A stretch of 64,000 bases of DNA from Tubulanus polymorphus (Eukaryota; Animalia; Nemertea): positions 8,742,001-8,806,000 of the forward strand of contig NC_134028.1 in the NCBI RefSeq assembly GCF_964204645.1, written 5' to 3'. The notes under the pieces are model-generated. The model saw nothing but the letters and a program-made list of their open reading frames with translations. It was not told the origin of the DNA and made no database searches. Made by a program: the position numbers and the translations under genes. Below, piece by piece: positions 1 to 12,432 of this stretch (positions are counted from its first letter, which is position 1; every line of letters begins with the position of its first letter).

Positions 1-825
1 TACGAATATATCATACACCATCAAATAAAATTTGACCATTTTACCTTCACTCTTCACGTAAGCCGTTTCCTGTAGGGCTGTTCCTCGGTTAACATCATTG
101 CATAACGCATAGGTAGATTGCATTATCCTTGATTAAAACGATTAATCTTAAAAATCGTAGTGAAACGCCTTTGAAGAAAATAAGTGAAATTGACACAAAA
201 TTTCGTTAAAATAGTGAGACAAAATTTTATTTCGACAATATATTGATGATAGTTATACAACTAAATTTACATTTTAGTCCTCTGAACCTTAGCATGTATT
301 TATTTTGTATATACCATTGACTTGTTTAATAAAATTAATTTGTATTTAAAAAAAGTCCTGAAATAAAGAGTAATTAGTAACAAATCGATGCAAATAAATA
401 TGCGATAAGGGAAAAGCACATTTTATGAAAATATCAATTCATAAATCATAGAATTAATTTACATAAGTTGACACGCTGCAAAACAAAGTAAAGATATTAA
501 AAGGCATTTAATGCAAAACATAGAATTATCTTATAACAATGATATATATGATACATAATACAATAATGCACAATAAAATACAAATCCTGTAAGCAAAAAT
601 ACAAGAAATACAATTGAAAGTTATAACTAATGACAACTCTGAAAAAGAATGTAATGTAAGATTAACAACAAAATTAAAACAGCAATAACAATTGATAACA
701 AAATAAAAACATAGTCTCTTTTCAAATAATCATTGTTCACTGGATACACGTAAATTCACGATGTCCAACTTTTAAAACAGCATTGATATTTTCCATATAT
801 TCCAATTAGCACAAATAATCACAAA

Positions 826-3337
826 TTAGTCCAATATGTTGTTTTCTAACTCGTCACCAATAACTACTCCTCCCAATGATCGCAACAACAAAGGAACTCT
901 TCCTCTTCTTTCCTTTTTCTCTTGTTTCTTCAGATTTTTCTTCGAGTAAGAGTCGTGTTGTTGTTGAGTAGAAGGTTTACACGCAGACTTTTTCGGTAAT
1001 TTCAGATTTATGTTGTGTTCGGCGCATTCTCGCATATAAAACTTCACGATGGCGCATTCGCAGTTTTTACCCAAAGGACATTCGCAAACGTTATCGGTAC
1101 AAGCCCTGTAAGATATATATAATGTATTAGTTATAAGTCTCTCTCCATTTCATCGCAGTTTCCATAACTTTGCTCATATAAGGAAGGCAGAAAAATGTAA
1201 CATAACACGAGATATTTACCTGAGGAAAGGTTTGACGGGAACTTTCTTGTGGCATTTCTTGAACGATGGACTCTTGAGGATATCACATTTCTGATGAGCG
1301 CGAACTCTCTGATCGTTTGTTTGACACGATGACTTTTTACTGTTGAACGGTTCATCGCAGTTGCATTTACCGCCGACTCGCCAAGACTTAGCGAAAACCT
1401 CCGCGTCTGAGACGATTTCTCGCTTCGCTTTCGTTCGAGTATCGTCTTGAACGACCTGATTGAAATTACCGCAAAGACCGCCTAATTTATCCTGCCAACT
1501 CGGTGTAACGTAAACGTCGATATCTCCTTGTTTACTCCACGTTAACTTAAACCCGTTTATCACATTCACTACAACCGTCGCGTTTTTAACGATTTCTATA
1601 GTGAAGTTTTCGTGTTTGTACGGAACACGGATTTTACTACGATTTACTCTGATATCGAGATCTCTGTGTAGTCCGATAGATAATGAAGACACGATGATTG
1701 TGACTAGTTTCGTTCTCACTGTCGGGTACGGGTGGAACTCGTTTTTGACGCGGATGTTTATCTGACGATCGGCGACATCTTGAAGCAAAGTGTAGCGACA
1801 AGTTCCACCGAATTTGAAATTGAACCCGTCAAACGATGCGTACGACAAATAATCCTTGTTCGAACCAGTGAGGGAACAAACGCTGTGAGCTGGTACACAT
1901 AACGCGCAGCATTCTCCTTGCGGTCTGTATAAAATGGATTTCTGAAAATATATCAGAAATGACGTATCAATAAATGGTATTTGGTTCATAAATTTAGGTG
2001 ATTTCAAAGGAAAACTTAAATGAAAATCTAAACGATGATATCTAATTATCTACCTGTGGGCATTTTGGAGTTAATCCGCATGTGATTTTTTGGCAGGTCG
2101 CCTTTCCGTCTTTACAACTACAATCCGTACAGGATCCGTCCTTCCAACTCTGATCAATCTATGATTGGAGAAATAAAGAGTTTGAAAGTTAAAGACATAT
2201 TAAAATAAAGATTGGAGTCAAGTCAAATAGTGATATGTTTTACCTTGTACATTTGTCCTTTATATGCACACCCAGCCGGCCGCTTACATTTCGGACAACA
2301 CGACTTTTTATCGAAGACCAAGAATTCTTTTGGACAGTTTAGATCTGGACAAGCTTTACGATAACACCGCATCCCGCCGTCGTAACATGAACACTTCGTA
2401 CATTTATCGGGCATAAAATGTCGCCTCTCCCGATGAAGATGACCTCGAAACAAACAACTCCCGTGAATAGAACTGGCCGTTACAGCTTTTCCTGCAATGA
2501 AAACAATTAATTGGTTTTAAGGAATAAATGACATGCACATCTATCAAGTTTTATCATGTAATCATTTAAAACATCTGTATAACTCGTATAGTTACCTTTA
2601 CAAACTGGACAGCATTGATTTTCTTCGTGCGTTTGAAATTTGTGTGGACAGTTTAAAACTGGACAAACCTTCTGAGTGCACGTCAATTCCCCCGACTAAA
2701 ATGATAGATTACGATACATATTCATATCTTTACTATGACCAACTAATCATTTCTAATGTTTTCATTATCTTTAGAAATCTAAGTTTACCTCGCATTTACA
2801 AGTTGTACATTTTTCACCAGGTTTTATGATTGATTTGCCATTTTCTACGGTAACTCCATTGACAACGCATCCTTTTGTATTTTCTTTCTCGCTGCTGCAG
2901 GCGGGGCAACATTGTCCCGGTTTGTAAATCTGTTCACGGCATACTGGACGACATTGTATCGAACTATGAGTCAAAACACCAGCCTGGAAAATGTCAACAC
3001 ATATATACTTCATATCTCCACTTTGTTGATAATACGACACACATGTATATTTTCAGTTGCGTCATTTGTCTTATTGCTAATCATTCTGAAACTTACCGAG
3101 CACATATTCAATTTACAGGGATCTTTTTCGTCGATCCATTCGGATCCACTTTCATGTTCTTTATTGTGGTATTTACAACCTAGAATTACAGAAAATACTT
3201 TCAATAGCAAAATATGATCTTTCATCAAACACGATGTCAGTTATATTCAGCGTCACTGATATGACAGGCTGCTTACCAGTCACCGAATAAACTACTACGA
3301 TCCACCAGACAATCGTTTTCAAAATGTAATTATGCAT
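826..3337 (-). CDS. BMPER: Crossveinless-2/BMPER-like secreted protein (signal peptide, 4 VWC, VWD, C8), ~597 aa, 8 coding exons
   Basis: Exons 3337-3277, 3179-3097, 2983-2789, 2695-2596, 2491-2244, 2158-2054, 1941-1220, 1105-826, all GT-AG and phase-consistent (1794 nt). N-terminus MHNYILKTIVWWIVVVYSVTG; four CC-x-x-C-ending VWC repeats; VWD with SFDG...GTCRYTL and GLCGNFN; C8 Cys pattern. Orthologue versus paralogue status is uncertain. Confidence 0.8.
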
Positions 3338-4796
3338 ACTGATCGGTAATCTTTTAATCCTCTGATAGATAATCCGCTAATCATCGAGTGCTAATCCGTT
3401 AATTCGTTGAGTGATAATCGGTTAATCCAGTGAGTGATGATGTGATGACTTGTCACTGAATGAACTGATTTACTGATATCACATCAGGTGTTTTATACGT
3501 GGATCATTTGCCACTCGGTCCGACACCTGAGACAGGAGCACGTCTCACTAATTAACATTGACAGTAATTATCTAATCAACATCATAGTTGGTCTGAGAGG
3601 TAAACTGACGTAGTTGTGCTGTTGTTTTGAATGAGCAAATTAAATTAACAATCAGCAATTAGGTATGAGTGATTTCGATTAATCGATGACGGGTGGTCTC
3701 AGGTTTCCAGAAAAATAGAAGCAAATTGCTGGTGATATTGATTAAGTCAGCAATTAATTTAATTGGATGATAATACGATTAATCACTAAAATCACAATAT
3801 CCGTGACGAATCGATGACATGTAAAATCATACACTTGAAAATATACTTACAAGTTTATTTAAAAATTGCTAGAAATATTTCGGATATTTTAGATCGAAGA
3901 AATGTTTAGATAAGTTTTTTAGTGAAGTTCCAAGTGTGGGGTTTTACATCTTTTGCACGATTATACGTAACTAAAACAAAGAAAATCTTTTGAGAAACGC
4001 ACTAAGAAGCGATCCATCTTTAACTTATCAGCGCCCTTGCTCTTCTAATATGCTTTTAGTGCTGCTGACCGACAAAAATATCTACCGCGTTTGATAATAA
4101 TTCTTTTACGAAACTCTCTCAGGTGTCCGGACAACCCAGGAGAAAACTTTAAGCTGCTTTCGTTACAAATGCATGTAACAGTACAGCACAAAAAATAAGT
4201 GTCTGGTCGTTTTGGTAATCTAACTTATCACTTGATAAATTAACTCTGTCTTGCTGTATAAAAGTTCGCGCATATTCTGACGACTTTTAAGGTCATTCTT
4301 AGTCTATCAAGTTTGATTTTGAATTCTAAAGTTTTGTTGCGAATATTTCTTTTTACCTAACAACCTGGTCGTTCATTCTCACGCGTTATTACTCAAAATA
4401 CTAGCGCCTTGCATACCGGGTAAGCTTCGATTTCGGATAAGAAAGATCGTCGATATATTACACCAATATCACCTTCTGTTCGATATGAGATTATTAGATC
4501 TAATAAAATCATAATTATCCCCTCAATTTGTAATTTTTCGGATGGAAAAGTAATAACAAAAAGGGGCTTGTGATGCTGCAGATATTATGATATATGGAGT
4601 ATGGTCTCGATGGATGCGTGCAACTTTTCAAAAGGTGTGCCTCAATTATGCGCTTAAGTTGTGAATTATACAGATTTTGGTTTTTCAATGAGTAGGCAAA
4701 TTTTATTATCCCGTAACACGGCGTCGATTTTCTATTTTTTGACGCCTTATAAAACGTTACCATTATGAAACCTAAACAATGTTAACCATTCAGCGT

Positions 4797-5439
4797 CAAG
4801 TTCAAGTTCAAGTTCAAGTTCAAATTTATTTCACAGAAAGCATGACAGGCTATGTACACAGGTTGAGAGAAAACAAACAATTTTTTAAACAAAGCACAAT
4901 TATAAAAAGAGAGAGAGAACAGTAGCTTTCAGTGTGGGCCAAGCAAAGCCTTTAGGCCGCTGTCGCAAGCACCCAGGGAAAAAAACGAAAGGGAAATGAA
5001 GAAATAAAGGGGAAGGAAATGAAAGTTGATGATTTTTGATAATTACAGGAGAGTTTATATGAGTAAGCTAGAGGGTACAGGAGAGTGAGCAATTATAACA
5101 ATTAGGGTTATTACATTGATGGATATCATTGTAGGCGGAGGTGAGATATGGTCTGAGTTGACGTTTTAAATTTTGTTTGCTTGTGTGTAGGATGTCATTG
5201 GAAAAAGGTAGTTTTTGCCAGATGTTTGAAAGAATGTTTTGAGGTGAATTTTGATGCGGGGTTGGTGGTGTTTGTTTTGAAAATAAAGAATATGCGTGGT
5301 CTAAATATATGCTTTTTCTGATGTTGACTAAAGGAGATAAGTTTTCCGCGGTGAAGTAATTAGAAAAGTAATGGGGTGAAGATTTGATGGTGTTTTGAAT
5401 AAAAAGTGCAGCTTTAAGGATGAGGACATCATTGATCAT
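4797..5439 (-). mobile_element. 5'-truncated LINE (CR1/L2/Crack-like) 3' fragment
   Basis: ORF remnant ending ...NIWQKLPFSNDILHTSKQNLKRQLRPYL resembles a LINE ORF2 C-terminus; AATAAA followed by a (TTGAAC)n tail at 4797-4830 on the minus strand. Confidence 0.65.
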
Positions 5440-5989
5440 TGATCGTCGTCATTTTACAAACGACAGCCGTAAATCGATGTGCAAAACGTCACAGGTCTAT
5501 GTGTACACAAATAAGCTATTTGGCAAAATATTATTGACATAGATGTAGAATGGCTTCCTGTGATTATATAATGACCTATATTTGAACGTCGAAATGTTAT
5601 ATTGCATTGAATATCATTAGAAGACGTATTGTAATAGTAAAGGATGTATGATTATATCAGAAGCGGCAGGCATAAATAGAAATGTCGGATTATTCGGTTA
5701 AATGGCGGATGTATACACGATTTGGAAGTCTGATATAAAAGTCAGACCCTGACGTGGGCATGCCGGTGGAATGACGAAGCTATCTACGATGTGTGTAGGG
5801 CCGGCGTGAATTTTATCAGCGGCTACAAGCGGTCAATATGAAAATGTGTAAACATATAATTTCAATATTCAAACGTTTTAGAAAATATGTTTGATATTAG
5901 GAGTAAGCAGGCTTCGTGAGATTAGCAATTTATAATAGCATAGCTATCATATACGGCTCCGCGTCCTCTGATGGCATGTGTATTAGGTG

Positions 5990-6335
5990 ACAATTCAATT
6001 CAATTCTTTATTGATCCTTTTCATTGAAATTTCGGGATAAAATTCCCAAATTCAATAAATACAAATTTTAAAATAAATTAATACAACATACATGACACAC
6101 GGGTAATTCATACAGAACAACATAAGCATGTTATTTTAAATGACAATGTCTACTTCAACCCACCCAGACTCAAGACTCTAGGATATCGAGTGACAGCCAA
6201 ACCCGTGGCCAGGGCCGGCTGGCTAGGCCACACGATATGCTCGAAGTCATGATGAAGCAGACATCAGAAGAGCTCGTTCTTCAACCATGGAGGCAATGAA
6301 GTTGCAGACCAGCTTAGAGGCATAAGTAAATGAAG
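5990..6335 (-). mobile_element. Short LINE 3'-end fragment
   Basis: Minus strand reads ...YASKLVCNFIASMVEERALLMSASS*, then a GC-rich hairpin (~6203-6232), then AATAAA and a (GAATT)n tail at ~5991-6012. Confidence 0.45.
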
Positions 6336-6912
6336 TCGGTCGCAAGTTCGCGATCAATTATTGAGAATTTTCAATAAAAAAATTTAAACCACTACTAGAG
6401 TCGAGACCCGCTGTATCATCTACCCAATCGCCAAATCTCATCATTCCCCAAATTTCTTAAAACTTCGATTTCAAATTTGCAATTCCACATTAGCTTAGCC
6501 CAGAAATTATACATTTTTTTCGCAGGCGTCAAATAATTTTCTTGTTGTTTCTTAGGAGCAACAAATCTTCATTGAATAGCTATCTCCGAAACGTTGTCCG
6601 TAGCGCCGTCCTATAAAGATTTGGTCAATTAAAAGGCGAATTTGGTTTTCATTTTTTGGAGTTGCATACAAAGCTTCACCCTGTCAGATGCCCGCAGTGG
6701 CCAAGCTCTGCTTTCATATTTTTTGTTAAACGGCTAAACTGGCTTGTCGTGTCAAAGTACCAGAAGGCTGAGGGTGGAAATCACATGTCCGTTATAAGAG
6801 CAGCATTTTGGTTGTTTAAAACATAACGTTTAGAGCAACCCTCGCAAACCATACGTGTAACTTCGTTTGCCAGGTCAAGAAAATAAAAGGGCATAAACCA
6901 ATAAAACAATCA

Positions 6913-7896
6913 TCATGATCTTTTGCACATTATAATTTTTCGAAACCTTTCGTTAACGATGAAGTAGATGAAGAAGTTTATGAGTGAGTCAATTTGGGCT
7001 AACACCATGCCGATATACCTCTGACCGGCTAAAGTATCACCGCGCCAAATTACGAATCGTATTGTCATTGCTGCGTTTGGTGTTTCAAACAGAAAAAAAG
7101 CCAAGATAACCATCGCAATCATACGAGTTGCCTTGACTACAGATTGTCGACTGCCACCCTTTTGGTTCGTTGTCTGTCCCATGTCACGTCGCTTGAAATA
7201 TTTGATGAGGAAAACCAAAAGGATTGAATTGTTTACAACCAGAAAAATGAATGGTAAAATAAAACCGAATACAAACAACGAAATTATGTGGACCATTCCT
7301 GACATGAGACCATACGTATGGAAATACGACTGATGAAAAACATGAGCGCAAGACATTTTATAAAAAACCTTCTTGTACATAAATACGTAGAAACTTCCAC
7401 AAGTTATAGTGACGTATAACGTTATTGTGACACATCTCAAATATTTCTTAGTTAGCCATAGTCCAGATTTCAGTGGGAAGTAGACCGCAAGCAGTCGCTC
7501 AATAGCCAAAAATACAATCAACCAGTTTCTAACAAGCATGAAAATGTGTTGACTAGGATACATTATTGCATCAACCTCCGGGAGATAACTCTTCCAATTG
7601 CTGTACTTGTAATATTCCCCGAATCGCCAATACCCCAACAGAACTCCGCTTTGGTATGGAATCGAGACGAGTAGAAACAAAGCATCAGCGATAGAGAGCA
7701 TTTTCAGAAGATAATAACCGGAATTGAACGGTAATTTTCGCAAAACGCAATACGAAACTACGTTCAAAACGAATCCAACAAACTGTATCGGTAAACCTAT
7801 AATTGTTTCGTAGAACATTGCATACACTGTCGAACTTCGTATTATGCAGTCGTGGTAAGGATCGACAGTCGCCGTGATGGTTGAAGTTGCATTCAT
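6913..7896 (-). CDS. Single-exon class A GPCR, FMRFamide/peptide-receptor-like (srw-type) orphan, 327 aa
   Basis: Seven hydrophobic segments; TM1 GFVLN, TM2 LSIAD, TM3 AIERLLAVYFP (ERY-like), TM5 FILP, TM7 DSLINFFIY, helix 8 NERFR; N-terminal NAT sequon. Confidence 0.88.
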   Translation of the reverse strand: MNATSTITATVDPYHDCIIRSSTVYAMFYETIIGLPIQFVGFVLNVVSYCVLRKLPFNSGYYLLKMLSIADALFLLVSIPYQSGVLLGYWRFGEYYKYSNWKSYLPEVDAIMYPSQHIFMLVRNWLIVFLAIERLLAVYFPLKSGLWLTKKYLRCVTITLYVTITCGSFYVFMYKKVFYKMSCAHVFHQSYFHTYGLMSGMVHIISLFVFGFILPFIFLVVNNSILLVFLIKYFKRRDMGQTTNQKGGSRQSVVKATRMIAMVILAFFLFETPNAAMTIRFVIWRGDTLAGQRYIGMVLAQIDSLINFFIYFIVNERFRKIIMCKRS

Positions 7897-8079
7897 GGTA
7901 GCAATTTCGGAAACGTAGATTATTTCAGAACATACAAAACGTAGATAGAAAAGTAAATGAATTTCGTGAATCGGAGAAAACTACTTTTCAAGAGTACGAC
8001 TTGGCTAAATCATTTATATAAAATGGTAAAGTTAACCCAGCCCCGAGTGTTGGTTATATATTGTAATTCAAACAATTTG

Positions 8080-8305
8080 GTTCTCGCGCGAGAATCTAAA
8101 ACCTTTGGATTTCATGGGCGAGAAAAGAAAAAAAATGGGCCAATGTAGGAAATTTTCATCTAGCCTCTAGCCTTTCAAGAACTTTTTTACAAATCAAAAT
8201 ATTTTCCTTTCTAGCGCGAGAAAAACCAAAAATTTCGAATTATTTCGCGAGAGAAGCAAAAGTTTGGAATTCTTGCGCGAGAAAACCAAAATTTTTCGTT
8301 TTCTC
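8080..8305. repeat. Degenerate tandem repeat with CGCGAGAAAA-like cores
   Basis: Recurring gcgagaaaa...ccaaaa units about 35-40 bp apart. Confidence 0.45.
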
Positions 8306-9543
8306 GAAAAAAAACGACCGGTGAAATTCTTTTATCGTTCCTCTAACCGTACAGAAAATTGTTTTCAGTATGGCCATCATAGTCACCAGCGTTATTCGAT
8401 CGGAATTTTTTACTTGACAAACAATAACGAAATTGACAGAACAGAATCAATCTGGAACGAACAGGGCCGTAACATACATAAAGATTGAGTATAAAACCTC
8501 TAAAATTGAAGAATTTAGGCCTTAGCAACTTGTTTACTTCATCGCTAGTACTACGCAATAAAAAGTGACCTTTTTTCACCGAATAGTAGCCTAGATGGCT
8601 GTTGCAATATTGATGTGAAATCTGACGACTGCCGTTCTGCCAAGAAATCATTACTCCAAGGCCACTACGCCGCTTCTGGAGTGCAATAACCTAGAGACAC
8701 CCATGGGATCTAAACTAGAAAAACGCCGATGATGCCAACTATTGGAATAGATAAAACCTGCCTTCCATTTTAACGAATTTTCAAAGAGAAGTTGAACCTT
8801 GCATTCATATAATTATAACTGTATTTGTTATTCTATATATGAATAAACGATCAAAAATATTTTTTCTAGCAAATACGTACCTTTTTTGTCTGTGGATATT
8901 AGTTTCGGGATCTAAAAGTAGAGCCTAAAATTGTCGACAGTAAAATTTAGAATTTAACAAAATTGGCTTTTCAGCATGTAGCTTGATTTTATAGATTTGG
9001 CTAATTTTTTGTTTCCCTCAGTTCAAAAAAACACTAAGAACCTCGAACTCGGCGCCGAATCTGTCGATATCATTGTTCCCCAGATGGAATTACGCATTAA
9101 CCAAGATGTGTGCATTGTTTACTCGGCGCTGATAACGAGCGTCGGAAATACAGTCGATTCTTTTGAACTACGAGGCTAAGTGCGTCGTCTTCTCGTTTGA
9201 ACGTCCATTGGCGACTACCGTACATTTAACAATAAATCGAATTTGAATTTGAGTTTTGGAAACGGGACACATGCATGCCAGAGGTGGTATCGACTGAAGA
9301 AATTCATTACTGAAACGTTGAAATAAACTTTTTCTTGATACATAACATTAGACGGGTTTTCTCTTTTACTTTAACAGCTCATTGTAGAATTATCTTATCC
9401 TCATAAATAATATCAAGATTTAACCCATCAAACCAAACACATCTACGAGTTGGGAGAGCAATGGTTTCGGCTCGTAAGTTTTAAAGCCGGTTTCCGTTCT
9501 ACTGACATTTATACTATTTTTCGCAGTGAATTTCGCTTGTAAA

Positions 9544-12432
9544 ATGCCCGTAAAAACAGATATGAACCCTCCACCTCCCGCAAACTCTCACCAACCCGGA
9601 GTTACTACTACTCTGCTTTATAGCGGGTCGAAATTTCAAGGGCATCAGAAAAGTAAAGGCAACAGTTACAGCGTCGAAGTGATTTTACAGGTAATAATGT
9701 TTGATTGATAATAGTCTGTGTTTATTTCGCTCAGACTAACAAATTGAGTTCGGTAGTCATTTAGAGATTTCCTATCTTTAGACGCGGGGTCCAGTTTCAT
9801 GAAAAAGTTTGAAGCTTGAAACAGTTGAATTTACCTCAATGAAACCATGGAGTAAGCCTCTAGGAGTCTACTAGTAACTGTCTACTAAGTTAGTTAGGCT
9901 ACCAATTCGATAGTCTGGCATTGTTGATTGTTAGTTATCCTTAGCTACGATCTGTACTTATTTAAGACAGGCCCATATTCACAGAGGCGGTGCCAATGTG
10001 AATGTATTTGCCCATAACATCCTGAGTTCGGCCACTTTTTGTCAAAGAAAATTTATTAATTAGTTTCATTATGAATGGAAGTGGTTATTTTGCCGGATCC
10101 GGTTACTTACGGTCCATGAAAAGTTTTTTACCATAAATCGTTTCTGATTTTAAGTGAGGCGACATCTATTGAGCTGTATCATTGACTTAGATGCTTGAAA
10201 TATATTCATAATTGCAGAACGTCGATTTGGAGAATTCGTATCTGTGCGGCTACCTGACGATTAAAGGACTGACTGAAGAATATCCGAATTTGACGACGTT
10301 TTTTGACGGAGAAATAATCAGCAAAAAGCACCCGTTTCTAACGCGGAAATGGGACGCCGATGAAGAAGTAGATCGGAAACATTGGGTAATTAACATGAGG
10401 TTTATTTAGGCTTTTCGGATCAACTGTGTCGATCCTTATAGAAAATGGTCCTGAGAGTAATTTACTCTTGGTGGCACAAATTGTAACTACTGGATATACA
10501 CAGCTGATATTAGGAGAGAAATAGCAGTTGGAATTGATATGGACAGTTTCGTCCATCCGCTCTTAGCCGTTTGGAAGGACTAGGAGAAATGTGCAAAATT
10601 TCAATGAATTCCCCACTTTTTTACTGATCAATGCTTGACCTGGTTTTTGATGATGACAATAGGGAAAGCCCTTCACAAGGACATCACTTTGAAAGCCCTT
10701 GATAGTGACATCATTATCAAGCATATAGTATTGATTGTTCTGCCGTGAGCTTTGTTGAACATGCTTACTTCACAGTGCGCCATGATTTCATCTTTATCAG
10801 CTGTTTATACATAGGTTATTGCAAATCCGAGAACAAATCAATTTTTATGCTCATAAGTAAAATGCATTCAGTTTGATACCACTGGACCCATGATCCTTTA
10901 TATTCTGTAGTCTTGATATTTGTTATCATGTTGTTTGCACTACTGTCATAGGACAAATCTCATCGGTTTCTATTGGAAGTAGGTTCCATTTGGATTCTTA
11001 TTCTCAAATCCTTACCTGGAAGTCCCTTCATACGATTTACTCTTAGTCGGAATTTTTCTTGGACAAATTCTGTCCTTCCAAACTTTTCTCACAAATGCTA
11101 AAGTTTTACCCTAATAAAAGCAAAGCTGAAATCAATCTTTGTGGCTCCAAAGTAGAATTCTTTTTTTCTATCATGCATATTGATATTGACAACCAAATGC
11201 TTTTTGATTTTTTTCTAGGGTAAATTTTTGTCATTTTATCAATTCGCGAAAACGTTCAACACGGATAGTTTCGACTACGATGAACTTAGAAATAATGATT
11301 TCATCTTCATGAGATGGAAGGTAAGGTCACTGAGCGACGAGCGCATCAGCCTTGTTATAGATATATATGGAGCAAAATTTCGTACCTGTACTTAGCTGAT
11401 TGTGTTTCAAGGAAAATTGAAGTAAAAAGTGGCCACACCGCCGGATTGCGCCTGCTGTGAGCATCTAAATTTTTTTGGGGAGGTCTCTATCCCCCCGATA
11501 TTAGATCCATTCAGTCTGAAGGAGATGGGCACAAGCTGCAGATTGATACTTCAACTTTTTTGACGTCAATAAGGTTTGCAAATTGAGATACTGTCATTAA
11601 TAGATTGTATTTCCTAGACTGACGCAGTGACTGAGTGGGTTAAGCAAGCAGTCCCTGGTCTCCCCCTTAAATTCGAGAGGCTTCGAATCCTGGTGGCAGC
11701 AGAGTTTCTTTCAGATAGAGAGAGATGAAAAATGTTCCGTTACAAGTTTTTGCCAGTTTGTGGTATTCCTGACTCATGTTCGATTAACGAATCTTTTGTC
11801 TAATTGTAGGAACATTTTCTGGTGCCGGATCATAAAATCAAAGATATCAATGGTGCGTCATTCGCCGGATTTTATTACATCTGTTTTCAGAAATCGACGG
11901 CTACTATAGAAGGTTATTATTATCATAGAAATTCAGAATGGTAAGTGCAACTAAAATTTAAAAACCCACCATCGGTGAAGTTGTTACCATAGAACCTTGT
12001 TGCCGCAAATTCGGCCATATCATGTGTTTGCCATCTTCTGAAATGGTCAGCCCCAGTTCATCCTATCCATAGAATGCTTCTTTGGTATACCCAGTCGATT
12101 CAAAAAAATTGCTAAAATACTCATCTTTCTTCATTTGCCGCCACCTCGCTCTAAATGAACCAGCGGCATTTAACCTCCTCGGGAGATAGGTTTGTTCCAG
12201 TGAACCACACTACATGTATGGACCCGGGTACACATTCAATAGTTGATTAATGAATTCAATTACAGCCTTGTTCGACTAGGTTAATGAAACAAAGGTGGCA
12301 CTTCGCATTAGAAAGCTAAAAGAAGAGGGCGTAAATGTATTGTTCGTTTCATCATTTCATTTTTGCAGGTTTCAATCGTTGAATTTAGTACACATGCCTG
12401 AACACAGTATACCTGTGTATGAATTCAGATGA
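9544..12432 (+). CDS. GID4: GID4/Vid24, substrate receptor of the GID/CTLH E3 ligase, ~203 aa, 5 coding exons
   Basis: Exons 9544-9690, 10218-10385, 11219-11320, 11810-11940, 12369-12432. Motifs [66 protein letters not shown] and the C-terminal YEFR. A possible in-frame upstream ATG lies at 9461, across intron 9474-9526. Confidence 0.96.
11620..11710 (+). mobile_element. tRNA-derived SINE or degenerate tRNA copy in a GID4 intron
   Basis: A-box-like TGACTGAGTGGG and B-box-like TTCGAATCC; acceptor and anticodon stems do not pair cleanly. Confidence 0.5.
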
